DNA of 63,870 nucleotides, counting the filler, from Octopus bimaculoides (Eukaryota): the NCBI RefSeq assembly GCF_001194135.2. It is 5 parts of 5 records of this genome, joined end to end, with 100 filler letters (N's around TTAATTAATTAA, not from the genome) between each part and the next. Parts side by side here need not be neighbours in the genome. Positions count along the whole stretch, not along the records: positions 62,037 to 63,870 come from NW_026297199.1; 4 more parts are not named here. One strand, given 5' to 3'. The notes beneath the pieces are model-generated. The model made no database searches. It saw only the letters and a program-made list of their open reading frames with translations, and was not told the DNA's origin. A program made the position numbers and the translations under genes. How positions within the stretch are numbered: the first letter of the stretch is position 1; every line of letters starts with the position of its first letter. This document shows, one piece after another, positions 62,871 through 63,870 of this stretch.

Positions 62871-63870
62871 AACGTAACGTGAGAGAGAGGGAACTATGCA
62901 TTTCCTTGTTTTCTTCACCTCGCCCCCTCTTTTCTTTTATTAACGCTGAGAGAGTTCTTTTCATTCTGGTTTCATGTTGGTCTGACACTTGTTTGTAACT
63001 TGTCTGAAAAGACACCGGAGTGGAGGCTCAACAAATAGAAAGAAATACGGTGATCGATAGTTAAACAGCGTCCTTTGTTGATCTTTCCCCCCGCCCCGAA
63101 TTGCTTATTGACTTCTCTGATGGGGGAAAAAATTGAAAAGAATTACCAAGAAAGCTGATATGTACAAACATACTTCTGTGTGTATAAATGTCTATGTATA
63201 AATACATACAAACGCACACCATTGCGCATATCTTATACATATATGTCTGATAATGCTTCTATATATATATACACACACATATATATACACATATATACAT
63301 ATATGTGTGTGTATATATATATAAGCATCATATGTGTGTATGTATATATGTCCATTGATATATACATATATATGCTCATACACACGCACATATACAACAC
63401 ACAAAAATTACAAACTCATACTTACTTACAAATATATACACAAAACTGGTAAATTTTTAAGTAAGGCATATAGAGAGGAAATAGAAAATAAGATAAGAGA
63501 TATTAAAAAGAACACGAAAGGAAGAATGAAGGAATAAATAAATAAATTCACGAACGAACGAATAAAAGAATACAAGAATGAACGAATGAACGAATGAATG
63601 AATGATTGTAAATGTGGTGTCAGATTGAAGACCGAATTCTATTACCTGAGGATATTTGCAAGGAAGTAAAATGTGAAGAAACTGCAAGGGCGTGGAAGTG
63701 TGTTGATACAAAGATTGCGCACTCATTCATGCACTGAAACACACCAGCATATAATCAATGCACACCCACACACACACACTCACACACGCGCGCGCGCACG
63801 TGTGTGTGTGTGTATGTATGTACATATGCCTTTAATCCTTAACTGTGAACGCACCTGACATTTTATTGTT

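Overview
About 64 kb of AT-rich, repeat-saturated eukaryotic DNA with many N gaps, four of them carrying an artificial TTAATTAATTAA linker. I infer a cephalopod (Octopus-like) source from the repeat landscape; this is not proven. I found no host protein-coding exon, tRNA or rRNA, so the window looks intronic or intergenic. Most long ORFs in the supplied track are microsatellite or N-gap artefacts. The recognisable content is: (1) about 30 tRNA-headed SINE copies in several modular families, labelled A-F by me; (2) decayed non-LTR retrotransposons of the R4/Dong-like, RTE, L1/Tx1-like and CR1/Jockey-like types; (3) two Penelope-like GIY-YIG fragments; (4) DNA transposons, namely a full-length decayed mariner, a Tc1 5' fragment, and mariner, hAT, piggyBac and foldback MITEs. 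Signals missed by the ORF track include five hammerhead-ribozyme cores at four loci. The best is a 293-bp insertion (27511-27803) flanked by a 13-bp direct repeat and built from two divergent hammerhead-bearing 108-bp arms. There is also an RTE insertion with a twin-priming-like 5' inversion, a near-perfect 236-bp foldback element, and head/tail swapping between SINE families.
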